From positions 1,792,001 through 1,856,000 of the forward strand of contig OZ242383.1 of assembly GCA_965209155.1 (NCBI GenBank): a stretch of 64,000 nucleotides of DNA, read 5' to 3'. The translations under genes and the position numbers were made by a program. Of the stretch, positions 39,907 to 51,250 are shown piece after piece; the first letter of the stretch is position 1, and the number at the start of each line of letters is the position of its first letter. Below the pieces are notes generated by a model, which worked only from the letters and a program-made list of their open reading frames with translations, made no database searches and was not told where the DNA came from. This DNA comes from a bacterium. GTDB lineage: Bacteria > SAR324 > NAC60-12.

Positions 39907-40872
39907 CTAAGCGAAGGGGTTGAGCAGTCTGGAGAGGAATCCTCGTTTGCGTTTCCCCGCAGTACCATAACTGCCCTGCCCGCCCCGCAGTCGGGGATCG
40001 AGCAGGTCCCTCACCGCGTCGCCGAACATGTTGAGGGAGTAGACGGTAATCGTCAGGGCAAGACCCGGCCAGAGCGCCAGCCGGGGGGCCATTTCCATGT
40101 ACTGAAGCCCTTCCCGGCTGAGCATCCCTCCCCAACTGGGAATCTTGATGGGCAGTCCGAATCCGAGGAAACTCAGCGAGGCCTCGGCAATGATGACGCC
40201 ACCAATGTTGATGGAGAAGATGATGAGGAGGGGCGCCATAATATTGGGTAGGACATGGCGTAGGAGGATTTGGCGCGTGGGGGTGCCTACGGCCCGGGCT
40301 GCCAGAAAATAGTCATTCTCTTTAATGCCCACTACGGCGCCTCGGACGACTCGGGAGCCGCCGATGCCTCCGGAAATCCCCAAGACCAGGATGATCTGGG
40401 GCAAACCCCGCCCCACGATGGACATGATGGTCAACAAGAGGAGCAGTCCCGGGAAGGCCATCCAGGCATCGACAAAGCGCTGCACCGTCAGGTCCACTTT
40501 CCCCCCCAGGAATCCGGAAGTGCCGCCGACCAGGAGAGCGACGAGCACATTCAGCAGGGTCGCTGACAGACCGACTGCTAAGGAAAGACGCGCCCCGTAG
40601 ATCAGGCGGCTCAACAAGTCTCGCCCCGCCTGGTCGGTCCCCAGGAGATACCGGGAGGATGAGCCCTGTAGCCGGTCTATCAGGTGTATTTCGTCGTAGG
40701 GATAAGGCATCAGCACATCGGCAAAGATCGCGACAAAAATCAAGATCAAGACGATCACCCCGCCGAAGGCCCCCAGGGGCTTCTCCTGCCACAACCTGAT
40801 GAAGAAATCGGCAAACCGACCCCGTTGCTTGGGCTCTCTGACTGTGGATGGTGTTTCTATGGTGTCGCTCAT
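39907..40872 (-). CDS. ABC permease DppC-type, module 3
   Basis: Paralogue; start set at MSDTIETP by comparison with modules 1-2. Confidence 0.93.
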   Translation of the reverse strand: MSDTIETPSTVREPKQRGRFADFFIRLWQEKPLGAFGGVIVLILIFVAIFADVLMPYPYDEIHLIDRLQGSSSRYLLGTDQAGRDLLSRLIYGARLSLAVGLSATLLNVLVALLVGGTSGFLGGKVDLTVQRFVDAWMAFPGLLLLLTIMSIVGRGLPQIILVLGISGGIGGSRVVRGAVVGIKENDYFLAARAVGTPTRQILLRHVLPNIMAPLLIIFSINIGGVIIAEASLSFLGFGLPIKIPSWGGMLSREGLQYMEMAPRLALWPGLALTITVYSLNMFGDAVRDLLDPRLRGGQGSYGTAGKRKRGFLSRLLNPFA

Positions 40873-41023
40873 GTTCTCGATTTCCATCGGTAGGGCCGGG
40901 TCACGTCCCGGCCTAAGAAACGCATCGCATGCAATGGCCGGAACGTGACCGAAATGTCGGACCACCGGCCCTACCGTTTTCTTGTCTGTTAAACCTAACC
41001 CCTCATACCTTTCGCGCCAGCGA

Positions 41024-42034
41024 CTATTCATACCGGATCCTGGTGTCCAAATAGGGATAAATCAGGTCGATCAGGAGATTGAGCAGGACCACTCCGGTGG
41101 CGAAAAAGAGGTTGATTCCGGAAACCATTGGGTAGTTTCGGTCATCGAGGGCAATCAGCAAGAGACGACCGATCCCCGGCAGGTTAAAGATGTTCTCCAT
41201 GATCACGGCGCCGCCGACCAGGATCGGCAACTGCAGGCCGATCAGGGAGACCACCGGGATGAGGGCATTTTTGATGGCGTGCCGGATTACCACGACCCGC
41301 TCCCTGAGTCCCTTGGACCAGGCCGTTCGAATATAGTCCTGCCGGAGCACCTCGAGCATCATAGTGCGCGTCATCCGCATGGTGGCCGCCGCCATGGCCG
41401 TCCCCAGAATCAGGCTGGGGATGAGGAACACCCCGAGATTCCCCAGCGGATCTTCCACAAAAGGAATCACTTCCATCGGCGGCGCCCAGCCCCACCAGAT
41501 GGCCGGATAGATCATCACCATCACGCCCAACCAGAAGTTAGGCGTTGCCAGGCCGATGATGGCGATGGAACGCCCTGCGTAGTCGGCGGCCGTATCCTGG
41601 CGCATCGCCGAGTAGATGCCGACGGGCAGGGCGATCAAGAGCCCGATTACGATTGACAACAAACCAAGCTCAATGGTTACCGGCAGTCTACTTATTATCT
41701 CCTCCTCTATCTTGTAACTGCCGCCACCCAGTGATTCGCCAAGGGTGCCCTGCAGGAGACCTTTGAAGTGGGACTCACCGGTAACCCAGTCAGGAGTCGG
41801 CAACACTCCTATCCAGCGTCCATACTGCACGTGGACGGGCACGTCTAATCCCAGATAACGCTCAATAGCTTCACGTTCAACCTGATCCGTCGCTAAACCA
41901 AGACCCGTCATCCTCATCACAATTACGTCTATTGCATCGCCGGGGATGAAGCGGACCGAGAGAAAGACCAGGATGGACAAAATAAACAGGGTGGGGATTA
42001 TCAGCAATAACCGCCTGATGATATAGGCTCTCAT
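41024..42034 (-). CDS. ABC permease DppB-type, module 3
   Basis: Paralogue motifs. Confidence 0.95.
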   Translation of the reverse strand: MRAYIIRRLLLIIPTLFILSILVFLSVRFIPGDAIDVIVMRMTGLGLATDQVEREAIERYLGLDVPVHVQYGRWIGVLPTPDWVTGESHFKGLLQGTLGESLGGGSYKIEEEIISRLPVTIELGLLSIVIGLLIALPVGIYSAMRQDTAADYAGRSIAIIGLATPNFWLGVMVMIYPAIWWGWAPPMEVIPFVEDPLGNLGVFLIPSLILGTAMAAATMRMTRTMMLEVLRQDYIRTAWSKGLRERVVVIRHAIKNALIPVVSLIGLQLPILVGGAVIMENIFNLPGIGRLLLIALDDRNYPMVSGINLFFATGVVLLNLLIDLIYPYLDTRIRYE

Positions 42035-42043
42035 CTGAAACCC

Positions 42044-43716
42044 CTAATGACCCATGGCTTCCTTCAGCGCACTATCAATCCAGAGGCGGGCGAAGAAGCT
42101 ATCGGTTTGACCGAATCCCAACCAGATTTCACCATTATAACCCATGACCCACGGCTGGCTTACGTTCCACTGTTGGGCTTCGCCACCCCATATGGCCCAG
42201 TGCCTCTCCACCGCGTACATATGTGTCTCTCTAGTCAGCCTCTGCGCCTCCTCAAGGGTGGTGGCGGCCTGTTGGGCTTTAATCATGGCCTCAAAATGCT
42301 CAACATCCGGATCGTTGACTGTGCTTTGCGCAAGCAAGTAGCCTGGGAAGTAATTTACGGCACCAGAAGGACCAAGCCTCATTGCTAATTCCAGAGAGAG
42401 CATTTCGAAATCCCCCTCAGTTCTTCTAGAGCCAAACTCAGATGCCGGAGATGACTGAACCTCGACATCAATGCCAATCGCACCCCAGTATGCAGCGCAC
42501 AACTCGGAAAAGGTCGCATCGTAGGTCGCGTAGTGCGTCAACACGGTCTTGAATCGAGTGCCGTCCGCCCCGCGGGGGTATCCAGCCGCATCAAGCAACG
42601 CTTCCGCCCCTGCCGGGTCATAGGTATAGACTTTCTTGACCTCTTCGGGCCACTCTTCAAATGGGGTGCTCCACCCTGTCACATCATCGGCTATGTGCCC
42701 CTGAGGTCGGGTAGATCCATAACCCTTATAGTAGGTAGCGTAAATTGTCTCAAGGTCGAGTGCCATCTGCATTGCCTTGCGCACCCGGATGTCGCCAAAG
42801 GGCGGCACCTGAACGTTAACACCAAAAGAATTATCCGATCGATAAGGAAACGGCCAGAACACAAGTTCGGGATTGGTCCGCTGGAGACTCTCTAGAACGT
42901 CGACAGATGTTATTTGAGCGGGGCTGCCCATGACACCCATGTAATCGACCTTACCCGTGCGCAGTGCCGCTAGGCGTGTCGCTTCCTCTGTCAAAATCAG
43001 GTACCTTAACTGGTCAATATAGGGCAAACGGTTCTCCGGGTATTTTTCGTCGTAGGCCCAGTAGTCAGGATTCTTGGTATAGGTCACAGAGCTGCCCTCG
43101 ACGAAGTCCGTCATCTCAAAGGGTCCGGTGCCGACCAGGTTCCTCCAATCCTTAGCGTCCCCGTGTTCCTTGATTACCTCGGGAGGGTACATCCAAACAA
43201 CCCATTGGTCGACGATTTGATCCATCGCAAAGAGGGATGGCTCCTTCAGCTTGAAAACAACCGTCCATTTGTCGGTGGCCGTTACCGATTCGACTATTGA
43301 TGTGTCCCAGTAAGTGTTGGGGGACGGTTCAGTAAAGCCACTGCCCAGACCATAATAACGGTGATAGTTGTATTCGACGTCGTATGCATCTAGCTCCCGA
43401 CCGTTCATCGGTGGCTTATTGTGCCAGTGAACGCCCTGGCGAATGGGGAAGGTATAGGTGAGGCCGTCCGGGGAAATCTCCCAGCTTTCCGCCAGTGCCC
43501 CTTTTAAAGTCCATAGAGGTACGCTCGTTGTATTCCAGCCAAATTCCTCTCTATCTATTGCCCAGTTCCCGACGCTTAACTTCTCTAGAACGGGACTGAT
43601 GAAGGCCCATGCTGCGTAGCCACCATCGAACCAAGTGTCAGTACTCTTAGGCATTCTGGGCCTGACAAAGGTGAGTCTCCCGCCGTATTCAGGTTCACTC
43701 ACCATTTTACCAGTGG
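42044..43716 (-). pseudogene. Family-5 SBP, module 3, lacking signal peptide and leader (truncated by IS256)
   Basis: Homology starts at TGKMVSEPEYGG at the IS end; remainder open. Confidence 0.88.
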
Positions 43717-45105
43717 AGTTATAGTCAAATTCTGGGGATGGCAATTCAGGCGGCGATCCTGTATTGAGGAATTCCATCGACAAATTGTACTCCCTCTATC
43801 ACTTCGGCTAATCGTTTAAATCCGTGTAATCGGATCCAATTTTTCTGAGCGGATTCCATTAATTTGAATGCCATCGTCAAGACGGTATTTCTTGAGAAAC
43901 AACCTCTGACTTTGGCAGTTCTCAGTTTGACAGTAGCGAAGGTGGATTCAATGGGATTGCTCGTTCTCAAATGCCTCCAATGCTCTGCCGGGAAATCATA
44001 GAAGGCCATCAAGGTCTCCTGATCTTTAATCAAGCAGTGAGTGGCTTTAGGATATTTCGCCTCATACATGTCAACAAAATGCTTTAAGGCTTTGAAAGCT
44101 TCCTCTTTGCTGCTGGCCATCCAAATTTGATGGAGACGATCCTTGGCTTTATGATGCTCCCTTTTTGGTAAATAGTTGAGAATGTTTCCCGTTTTGTGCA
44201 TCCAACAACGCTGCTCTTTGCTCTGAGGATAGACTTTTTTCAAAGCTTTCCAAAATCCCATCGCTCCGTCTCCCACAGCGATTTTAGGGGCCTCAGTCAA
44301 TCCCCGGTGCTTCAGATCCATCAGCAGTTCCCTCCAGGATTGCTCACTTTCCCGGTAGCCATCTTCCAAGGCAACGAGCTCTTTATCTCCATTTTCTGTT
44401 GCCCCCACAATCACCAAGAGGCATTGTTTATCTTTATCCATTCTCACATTGCAATACACGCCATCGACCCAGAGATAAACATAATGACTCTGGGAGAGAT
44501 CCCGTTGTTTCCAGGCTTTCCAATCCTCATACCAGCTTGATTTAAGACGGCTCACTGTCGCTGAAGACAAGCCCGCCGCTCTTTTACCTAAAATCGCTGC
44601 GAGCGCCTCCTGAAAGCCACCAGTGGAAATCCCTTTCAGATACAGCCAGGGAATCAGGGCTTCAATACTTTTACTTTTCCTCAGATAAGGGGGGATCAAC
44701 TTGGAAGAAAATCGAATCCTTTCCTCTGATGAGGTGCTTTGACGATCTTTACTCCGCGGAACTTTCACGGATATAGAACCAATTCCCGTCTGAATCTCCC
44801 GATCTTGATGATAACCATGACGAACCACTCGCTGACGTCCATCCGAGAGTCGATAGGACTGATATTCCTTCATGAATATTTCCATCTCCAATTCCAACGC
44901 TTCAGAAAGTATCTTCCTGGCTTTCACTCTCAAAAGTTCACTCAAATGATCTTCAATAATTTGCTCTGGCTTCTCCAGATCAATCACGTTATAGTTGCTC
45001 ATCGGCGTATCCTTTCTTTGATGTAATTCTATTTATTTTAAATTCCCATCAATAGGATACGCCACCTTCAAATTTAGTCCATCCCCAACTTTCGACTATA
45101 TCTCC
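43715..45105 (-). mobile_element. IS256-family element without TSD
   Basis: 27-bp IRs (22/27) ggagttatagtcaaattctggggatgg / ccatccccaactttcgactatatctcc; unrelated flanks. Confidence 0.9.
43746..45002 (-). CDS. IS256-family transposase, intact
   Basis: YLKGIST, YLWVDG, VGDGAMGF, QRCWMHK, RTSNPIES. Confidence 0.95.
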   Translation of the reverse strand: MSNYNVIDLEKPEQIIEDHLSELLRVKARKILSEALELEMEIFMKEYQSYRLSDGRQRVVRHGYHQDREIQTGIGSISVKVPRSKDRQSTSSEERIRFSSKLIPPYLRKSKSIEALIPWLYLKGISTGGFQEALAAILGKRAAGLSSATVSRLKSSWYEDWKAWKQRDLSQSHYVYLWVDGVYCNVRMDKDKQCLLVIVGATENGDKELVALEDGYRESEQSWRELLMDLKHRGLTEAPKIAVGDGAMGFWKALKKVYPQSKEQRCWMHKTGNILNYLPKREHHKAKDRLHQIWMASSKEEAFKALKHFVDMYEAKYPKATHCLIKDQETLMAFYDFPAEHWRHLRTSNPIESTFATVKLRTAKVRGCFSRNTVLTMAFKLMESAQKNWIRLHGFKRLAEVIEGVQFVDGIPQYRIAA

Positions 45106-45136
45106 GGAGAATTTCTAAAAAGATTGGAGCAGGAGA

Positions 45137-45373
45137 ATGGGAACAATTAGTCTAAGAATTCCGGAATCAATACATAAGCAGGTCCGAGAACTAGCTAAAC
45201 AAGATGGTACTTCAATTAATCAATTTATCACAACAGCTTTGGCAGAGAAAATGTCGGCGTTGCTGACGGAAGATTATTTGAAACAACGTGCTCAGCGAGG
45301 AAGTCGAGAAAAGTTTGAAAAAGCATTATCTAAGGTGGCAGATATTGAACCTGATGAAAGAGACAAACTTTAA
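45137..45373 (+). CDS. RHH/HicB-like antitoxin, orphaned copy
   Basis: ISLRIPESIH..GTSINQFI; one residue differs from 52679-52915. Confidence 0.85.
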   Translation: MGTISLRIPESIHKQVRELAKQDGTSINQFITTALAEKMSALLTEDYLKQRAQRGSREKFEKALSKVADIEPDERDKL

Positions 45374-45458
45374 GCATCTCGGTTAGCTTGGATAATCGTC
45401 GAACAAACATGTAGAGCTTTACGGCAGACCAGTGTTTTTTCCAACATTTATACCAAAT

Positions 45459-46098
45459 TTATAATTTTGTGTCTTTTTCGACATCTATCAACTGTTCACA
45501 GCGGAAAGATTGATCAGCTTCAATTCTTTTCATATTCCGTTGAGAGCTCGTTTGGCAACTTTGTAGGCCACCCGATTGTAGGTTTTTGCAGTTTCTGGCG
45601 AAATGCGCTTTGCTGCGATTCAGGCAAATAGGCCACCACGTTTTCACGCTTATGATATTGACACCTCTGAATGATACCCGGCTTAAGGCACTTCTTGAAT
45701 ATTCGCTTTGTCACGCACAGTGGCACTTCGATAGCCACTTTCTGATCATTTAAATAAATATTCCCTGGGTTACTACCCCAACGTTGCCTGCTTCCTCCTC
45801 GGCTATGGGCTCTCCAGCTAAGTGAGTCACTTCTTTTTGCAGTATTTCCTCGACTGCCATCAGTCCTAAAGGAATCAACTGTTGAATCAATGTTAAACGG
45901 GTGGATAACTCAAAATCGCCCCGCACTCAATCTTTGTACGCCTCCACTTGATCTTTCGCGTTGCTTCTTTTTCGGCTTTTGCTTACTTTTTTCATACGAC
46001 CTCCCTTCGATGGGTTGGGTTTTGTGGTGATCAATGAAACCACAACATAACGAATGTGAGGTCGTAAATCAATTTTCAACTAATTTTAGGACAGTTCC
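45459..46098 (-). pseudogene. Decayed, internally deleted second IS256-like element
   Basis: Fragments IQQLIPLGLMAVEEILQKEV and IIQRCQYHKRENVVAYLP; IR-like end ggaactgtcctaaaattagttgaaa. Confidence 0.65.
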
Positions 46099-46159
46099 AG
46101 TTAAAGTTCTTAAAAACAGTTATTAGGAGCGTTATTTAGTTTATCAATGAGGTTTCATT

Positions 46160-46363
46160 ATGAAATTAAAAGTAGTGATACATGAAGCAGAAGAAGGAGG
46201 TTATTGGGCAGAAGTACCGTCCATACCAGGATGTGCCACTCAAGGTGATACTTTTGATGAGTTATTAAGTAACATTTACGAAGCTGTCGAGGGTTGTCTA
46301 GCCGTAGATGTTCGAGAGATTACAATCTCAGAAAAAGACAAAATCATGGAGATCGCAGTTTGA
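46160..46363 (+). CDS. hicB: HicB-family antitoxin
   Basis: [26 protein letters not shown]. Confidence 0.9.
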   Translation: MKLKVVIHEAEEGGYWAEVPSIPGCATQGDTFDELLSNIYEAVEGCLAVDVREITISEKDKIMEIAV

Positions 46364-46566
46364 AGGCTGTTAGCGGGAAGAGACTTTGTCGTATTTTAGA
46401 ATCCAAAGGATGGGAACTGAAACGTATAAATGGAAGTCATCATATTTACTCCAAAACTGGAAGTACTGCTCGGATATCTGTTCCTGTTCATGGCAATAAT
46501 CCATTGAAAATAGGATTGCTAAAGCATCTGATGAAGAAAGCAGAGATCGAAGACTCCGAATTATAA
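46360..46566 (+). CDS. hicA: HicA-family toxin
   Basis: TTG start overlapping hicB stop; [22 protein letters not shown]. Confidence 0.88.
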   Translation: MKAVSGKRLCRILESKGWELKRINGSHHIYSKTGSTARISVPVHGNNPLKIGLLKHLMKKAEIEDSEL

Positions 46567-46661
46567 ACCCGCTGAAAGGGATTATCAAAACCTAGACGGA
46601 GCGATATTATGATCACGATTCCGGCAGAATGATACGTGTAGGACATCACTTCAAGGAATGG

Positions 46662-46911
46662 GTGATGATGCCTTATGATCAAGAGGGAGATGATTTAACC
46701 ATTATCACTGCCCATCGAACGACTCGTCAACAAATCAATGCTCGACTCAACGAAGGGAGATTAGAATATGCTTAAACCGGGACTGAATTTTTACAGTGAG
46801 GAAGATATTTTATATATCTATGTTGCGGAAGGGAAGGAAGTGTCCAGCAAGCCCCTCGGTTCCGGTATCACTGCGGAACTAAATGAAAACGGTGAGTTGA
46901 TTGGCATCGAG
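46662..46911 (+). pseudogene. Toxin-like C-terminal fragment plus truncated DUF2283-like gene (from 46768)
   Basis: ..LTIITAHRTTRQQINARL; Y.EEDILYI..ITAELNENGELIGIE ends at the module 4 dppC stop. Confidence 0.65.
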
Positions 46912-47853
46912 TTACCATTTGAAAGGGTGGATCAGTCTGGAGAGGAAGCCTCGTTTGCGTTTCACCATCGCGGTGCTGTAACTGCCCTCTCCGCCCCTGA
47001 GCCTGGGATCGAGCAGATCGCGCATGGCATCGCCGAACATGTTGAAGGAGTAGACGACAATCGTCAGGCAAAGACCAGGCCACAGGGCTAGATGGGGCGC
47101 TATCTCCATGTACTGACGCCCTTCCCGGCTGAGCAGACCGCCCCAACTGGGAACCTTGAGGGGCAGACCGAATCCCAGGAAGCTCAAAGAAGCCTCAGAG
47201 ATAATCACCCCGCCGATGTTGATGGTGAAAATGATGATGACGGGGGCCACAATATTGGGCAGGACATGCTGGATAAATATTCTCCCCTGGGTGCAGCCAA
47301 TCGCCTGGGCTGCCTGAAAATACACATTCTCTTTGATACCAATCACGGCGCTGCGGACAATTCTTGAGGCGCTGATGCCCCCGACGACCCCCAGGACCAC
47401 GATGATCTGCAGGACCCCCCGTCCCACGATGGACATGATGGTCAACAGCAAGAGCAGTCCCGGAAAAGACATCCAGGCATCGACGAAGCGCTGCACCGCC
47501 AAGTCGAATTTACCGCCAATGAATCCTGAGAGACCGCCGATCAGGACACCGACCCCCACATTGAGGGTGGTCGCAGCCAGACCGACCATTAAAGAAAGAC
47601 GCGCCCCATAGATCAGGCGGCTCAGGAAGTCTCGCCCCAGATGGTCCGTCCCTAGCAGATACTTGGTGGATGCCCCCTGCAGCCTGTCTGCCGGGTGGAC
47701 TTCCGCAAAGGGATAAGGGGCCAGCACCTCGGCAAAGATCGCCACCAGAATAAAGAGCAATACAATCATCCCACTGAAGGCCCCCAGGGGCTTCTCCTTG
47801 AAAAGTCTGACAAAGAAATGAGCCAGTCGGCTCCGTCGCCTGGATTCACTCAT
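46912..47853 (-). CDS. ABC permease DppC-type, module 4
   Basis: Paralogue; overlaps dppB stop. Confidence 0.95.
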   Translation of the reverse strand: MSESRRRSRLAHFFVRLFKEKPLGAFSGMIVLLFILVAIFAEVLAPYPFAEVHPADRLQGASTKYLLGTDHLGRDFLSRLIYGARLSLMVGLAATTLNVGVGVLIGGLSGFIGGKFDLAVQRFVDAWMSFPGLLLLLTIMSIVGRGVLQIIVVLGVVGGISASRIVRSAVIGIKENVYFQAAQAIGCTQGRIFIQHVLPNIVAPVIIIFTINIGGVIISEASLSFLGFGLPLKVPSWGGLLSREGRQYMEIAPHLALWPGLCLTIVVYSFNMFGDAMRDLLDPRLRGGEGSYSTAMVKRKRGFLSRLIHPFKW

Positions 47854-48805
47854 ACCGCACCCTGGGGTCTAAATAAGGATAAATCAGGTCGATCAGGAGA
47901 TTGATGGCCATCACCCCGGCGGCGAAAAACAGGTTGATCCCGGAGACCACCGGATAGTCTCGGTCGTTGAGGGCTGTCAGCATCAGACCGCCCAACCCCG
48001 GCAGGTTGAAGATGTTCTCTATGATCACAGAGCCCCCAACCAGGATCGGCAACTGCAGGCCAATCAGGGTGATAACCGGGATGAGGGCATTTTTGATGGT
48101 ATGTCTGATCACCACGACCCGCTCCCTGAGCCCCTTGGACCAGGCCGTTCGGATGTAATCCTGCCGCAGCACCTCCAGCATCATGGTGCGTGTCATGCGC
48201 ATGGTGGTTGCCGAAGCAGCCGTCCCCAGAATCACGCTGGGGATGAGGAACACCGCCAGATTCCCCAGCGGGTCTTCCGTGAACGAAACCAACTTCATTG
48301 GGGGCGCCCAGCCCCACCAGACGGCCGGGTAGATCATGATCATAAGACCTAACCAGAAATTCGGGGTGGCCAAGCCGATGATGGCCAGGGAACGTCCTGC
48401 ATAATCAGTAGCGGTATCCTGGCGAATTGCGGAGTAGATGCCAATGGGCAACGCGATCACCAGCCCGATGACGATTGCCAGAATGCCAAGTTCCAGGGTG
48501 ACCGGCAATTTGGCCAATATCTCCTCCTCTACCGTAAAATTACCCATCAGTGAGTCGCCCAGGGTGCCTTTCAGCAAGATACCGCCAATCCAGCGTCCAT
48601 ACTGCACGTAGACAGGCACGTCTAATCCCAGCCTACGCTCAAGAGCTTCACGATCAATGGTGACAACCAATCCAGCTTCCATCCTGCCCAACATTGCGTC
48701 TACCACATCGCCCGGGATGAAACGGACTGAGAGAAAGACCAGGATGGTCAATATGAACAGCGTGGGGATTATCAGCAATAACCGCCTGATAATATAGGTT
48801 CTCAT
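47846..48805 (-). CDS. ABC permease DppB-type, module 4
   Basis: Paralogue motifs. Confidence 0.95.
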   Translation of the reverse strand: MRTYIIRRLLLIIPTLFILTILVFLSVRFIPGDVVDAMLGRMEAGLVVTIDREALERRLGLDVPVYVQYGRWIGGILLKGTLGDSLMGNFTVEEEILAKLPVTLELGILAIVIGLVIALPIGIYSAIRQDTATDYAGRSLAIIGLATPNFWLGLMIMIYPAVWWGWAPPMKLVSFTEDPLGNLAVFLIPSVILGTAASATTMRMTRTMMLEVLRQDYIRTAWSKGLRERVVVIRHTIKNALIPVITLIGLQLPILVGGSVIIENIFNLPGLGGLMLTALNDRDYPVVSGINLFFAAGVMAINLLIDLIYPYLDPRVRYE

Positions 48806-49050
48806 GTGACACTACTCCTCCTATAATACTCTAGCTATGTGTCTGTTAACGCCAGGCTGTAGTACTCAGGTTTCGATCTTACTATGCTTCCTTAATTAAT
48901 ATTTCCCTCTTGCTGAAAAATTGGCGTAAATAAGAAACTATCTAACCAAGTATTTCACTATTCAATGAGAAGGGAGCTGGGAAGCCTGAGCCCCCGCGCC
49001 AAGGACCCTCCGGCTCCCTTAGACGGTTCAGTTATCCTCGAGACCAGGCA

Positions 49051-50943
49051 CTAATGCCCCATTTCTTTCTTCAGCGCACTATCAATCCAGAGACGGGCGT
49101 AGATGTTAGTAAATCTTTGATTAACCCCCATGTCATATTCACCGTTGAAACCTATAATCCACGGCTGGTGCACGTTAAAGTTTGAAACTCTAGGACCCCA
49201 CCAGTACCAGTGGTTCTCTAACGCGTACATATTGATCTCTTTAACCAACCTGATCTTCTCTTCCATGTCCAGAGTAGCTCCGGCGGCGTCAATCATGGCG
49301 TCCAGTTCCGGGATGCTAATCCCCGGGCGGTTCCATTGTGAGTCCGTGTAAAGAAGTGTTTTGAGCAACCCAAGGGGTTCGGCATAATCGAAGCCCATCT
49401 CTCCACCGACCAGACCTTCATAAGTATGGTTATGTATATTAGCCACATGAGTGGCTCCCTCGAGTGGGATGACCTCTACTTCAACGCCGATCGCACTCCA
49501 GTATGCTGCCTGTAATTCAAAACCGCCTAGATCGCGACCTTCCCAGACTTCGAAGGTGGTCTTGAATCTAATGCCATCCGCGCCGCGCGGATATCCAGCC
49601 TCATCAAGCAACGCTTCCGCCCCTTCCGGGTCATAGATATAGTATTGCTTGACCTCTTCAGGCCACTCTTCAAATGGGACGAAATAATCCGTAAGGCCTG
49701 GCCCTAAAATCCCCTGAGGTATCCAATCTGCGTAACCCTTATAGTAGGTATTGTTCATTGTCTCGTTGTCTAGTGCCATCTGCATCGCGTGGCGCACCCT
49801 GATGTCGTCAAAGGGTGGCTTCCAGGCGGCATAGGCACCAGACGTCTCCGACCGAATCGAAAAATCCCAGAACACGAGTTCGGGGTTGGTCTCCTTGAGC
49901 CTCTCCGCCGCGTCGATAGATGTTATTTGAGTAGTGCCATTATTATCCAGGGCATCGACCTTACCCGTGCGCAATGCCGCTATCCGTGTTGCCTCTTCTT
50001 TCATAATCAGAGATATGGTCTGGTCAACATAGGGCAGGCGGTTCTCCGGGTATTTTTCGTCGAAGCCCCAGTAGTCAGGATTCTTGGTCCAGGTCAGAGA
50101 GATGTCCTTCACCCAGTCAGTCAGCATAAAGGGCCCGGTGCCGACCAGGTTCCTCCAGTCCTTAACGTCACCGTGTTCCTCGATTACCTCGGGGGCGTTT
50201 ATACTACTACGGGAGTTGAGGAGGATATCATTCAGTCCAAGGAGGGATGGCTTCTCGAGCTTAAAAACAACCGTCCAATCGTCAGTGGCCGTTACCGATT
50301 CGAATCTCGCTACGAATCTATGTGCTGGGGTAGGTCCGGCTTCACTGAACTTGCCCAGTCCCAATAAACGGTGCCAGTTATATACGACATCAGCAGCAGT
50401 AAATTCTCTCCCGTTCATCGGTGGCTTATTATGCCAGTGAACGCCCTTCCGGATGTGGAAGATTATCGTTGTGTCGTCGGGCATTTCCCAGCTTTCCGCC
50501 AGCGCCCCTTTCATGTAAGAAAAAGGTACGAACATGCTCTTGAGGTTAAAGACACTCCTGTCCACTCCCCAGTCCGCGATTGCTAGCCTCTCTACAACGC
50601 CGGAGGTGGGGTGAGTCCCGTGACTGAACCAGCTATCAGAAGTCCTAGGATTGTAACTATTAGCCCAGGTTATTGTCCCGCCGTATTCAGGTGCAGTCAC
50701 CATTTTACCAGTGGTCGGATCTTTGACCATCTTTTTCTCAGCCCCGACTGCCGGGCTGACCCAAAAAGCGGTCACCATCAGGATGAGGGTGAGCAGAATT
50801 ACACTGAAGGTTGATTTGCTTTTTTGATGATCCATCTTTTTCCTTTCTGCTTTTTGATTAAAAACAAGATTTAGGATTGATTTAAAACCTGCTTTCGTTC
50901 CCGAAAGCCCGTTCTCGACGATGCTTCTGATTATTATTTTCAT
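49051..50943 (-). CDS. Family-5 ABC substrate-binding protein, module 4
   Basis: Signal peptide and family-5 motifs. Confidence 0.93.
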   Translation of the reverse strand: MKIIIRSIVENGLSGTKAGFKSILNLVFNQKAERKKMDHQKSKSTFSVILLTLILMVTAFWVSPAVGAEKKMVKDPTTGKMVTAPEYGGTITWANSYNPRTSDSWFSHGTHPTSGVVERLAIADWGVDRSVFNLKSMFVPFSYMKGALAESWEMPDDTTIIFHIRKGVHWHNKPPMNGREFTAADVVYNWHRLLGLGKFSEAGPTPAHRFVARFESVTATDDWTVVFKLEKPSLLGLNDILLNSRSSINAPEVIEEHGDVKDWRNLVGTGPFMLTDWVKDISLTWTKNPDYWGFDEKYPENRLPYVDQTISLIMKEEATRIAALRTGKVDALDNNGTTQITSIDAAERLKETNPELVFWDFSIRSETSGAYAAWKPPFDDIRVRHAMQMALDNETMNNTYYKGYADWIPQGILGPGLTDYFVPFEEWPEEVKQYYIYDPEGAEALLDEAGYPRGADGIRFKTTFEVWEGRDLGGFELQAAYWSAIGVEVEVIPLEGATHVANIHNHTYEGLVGGEMGFDYAEPLGLLKTLLYTDSQWNRPGISIPELDAMIDAAGATLDMEEKIRLVKEINMYALENHWYWWGPRVSNFNVHQPWIIGFNGEYDMGVNQRFTNIYARLWIDSALKKEMGH

Positions 50944-51182
50944 TTTTACCTTTAATATAAAGCGTTAAATAAGCAATATTCACCATGAATATTACACTAT
51001 CAAAAAAAACGATTCATTGGCTCCAGGAGGGGCCATGAAGCATGACCTTTCCATTCTCTGGAGGAATTTCCATGTGCTGAAATGAACTGAGGAGTAATTC
51101 AAGGATCTCTCCCTGAAGTCGAGATGAGATAAGGGGGGACAACCCAATGAACTGGGGACTTGGGATTTAGAACGTGGGAACT

Positions 51183-51250
51183 GGGTGCCGGGTGCCGGGT
51201 GCCGGGTGCCGGGTGCCGGGTGCCGGGTGCCGGGTGACGGGTGACGGGTG
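51183..51250 (+). repeat. Heptamer array (GGGTGCC)x7 + (GGGTGAC)x2 plus partial unit
   Basis: Counted directly. Confidence 0.95.

Noticed and set aside
40873..41031. 52-aa N-terminal extension of DppC3 in the ORF track
   Set aside because: It translates the REP-containing spacer; paralogues start at the MS[ND]T methionine.
43717..43783. N-terminus MSMEFLNTG.. of the 579-aa SBP3 ORF as native sequence
   Set aside because: It derives from the IS256 end and has no signal peptide.
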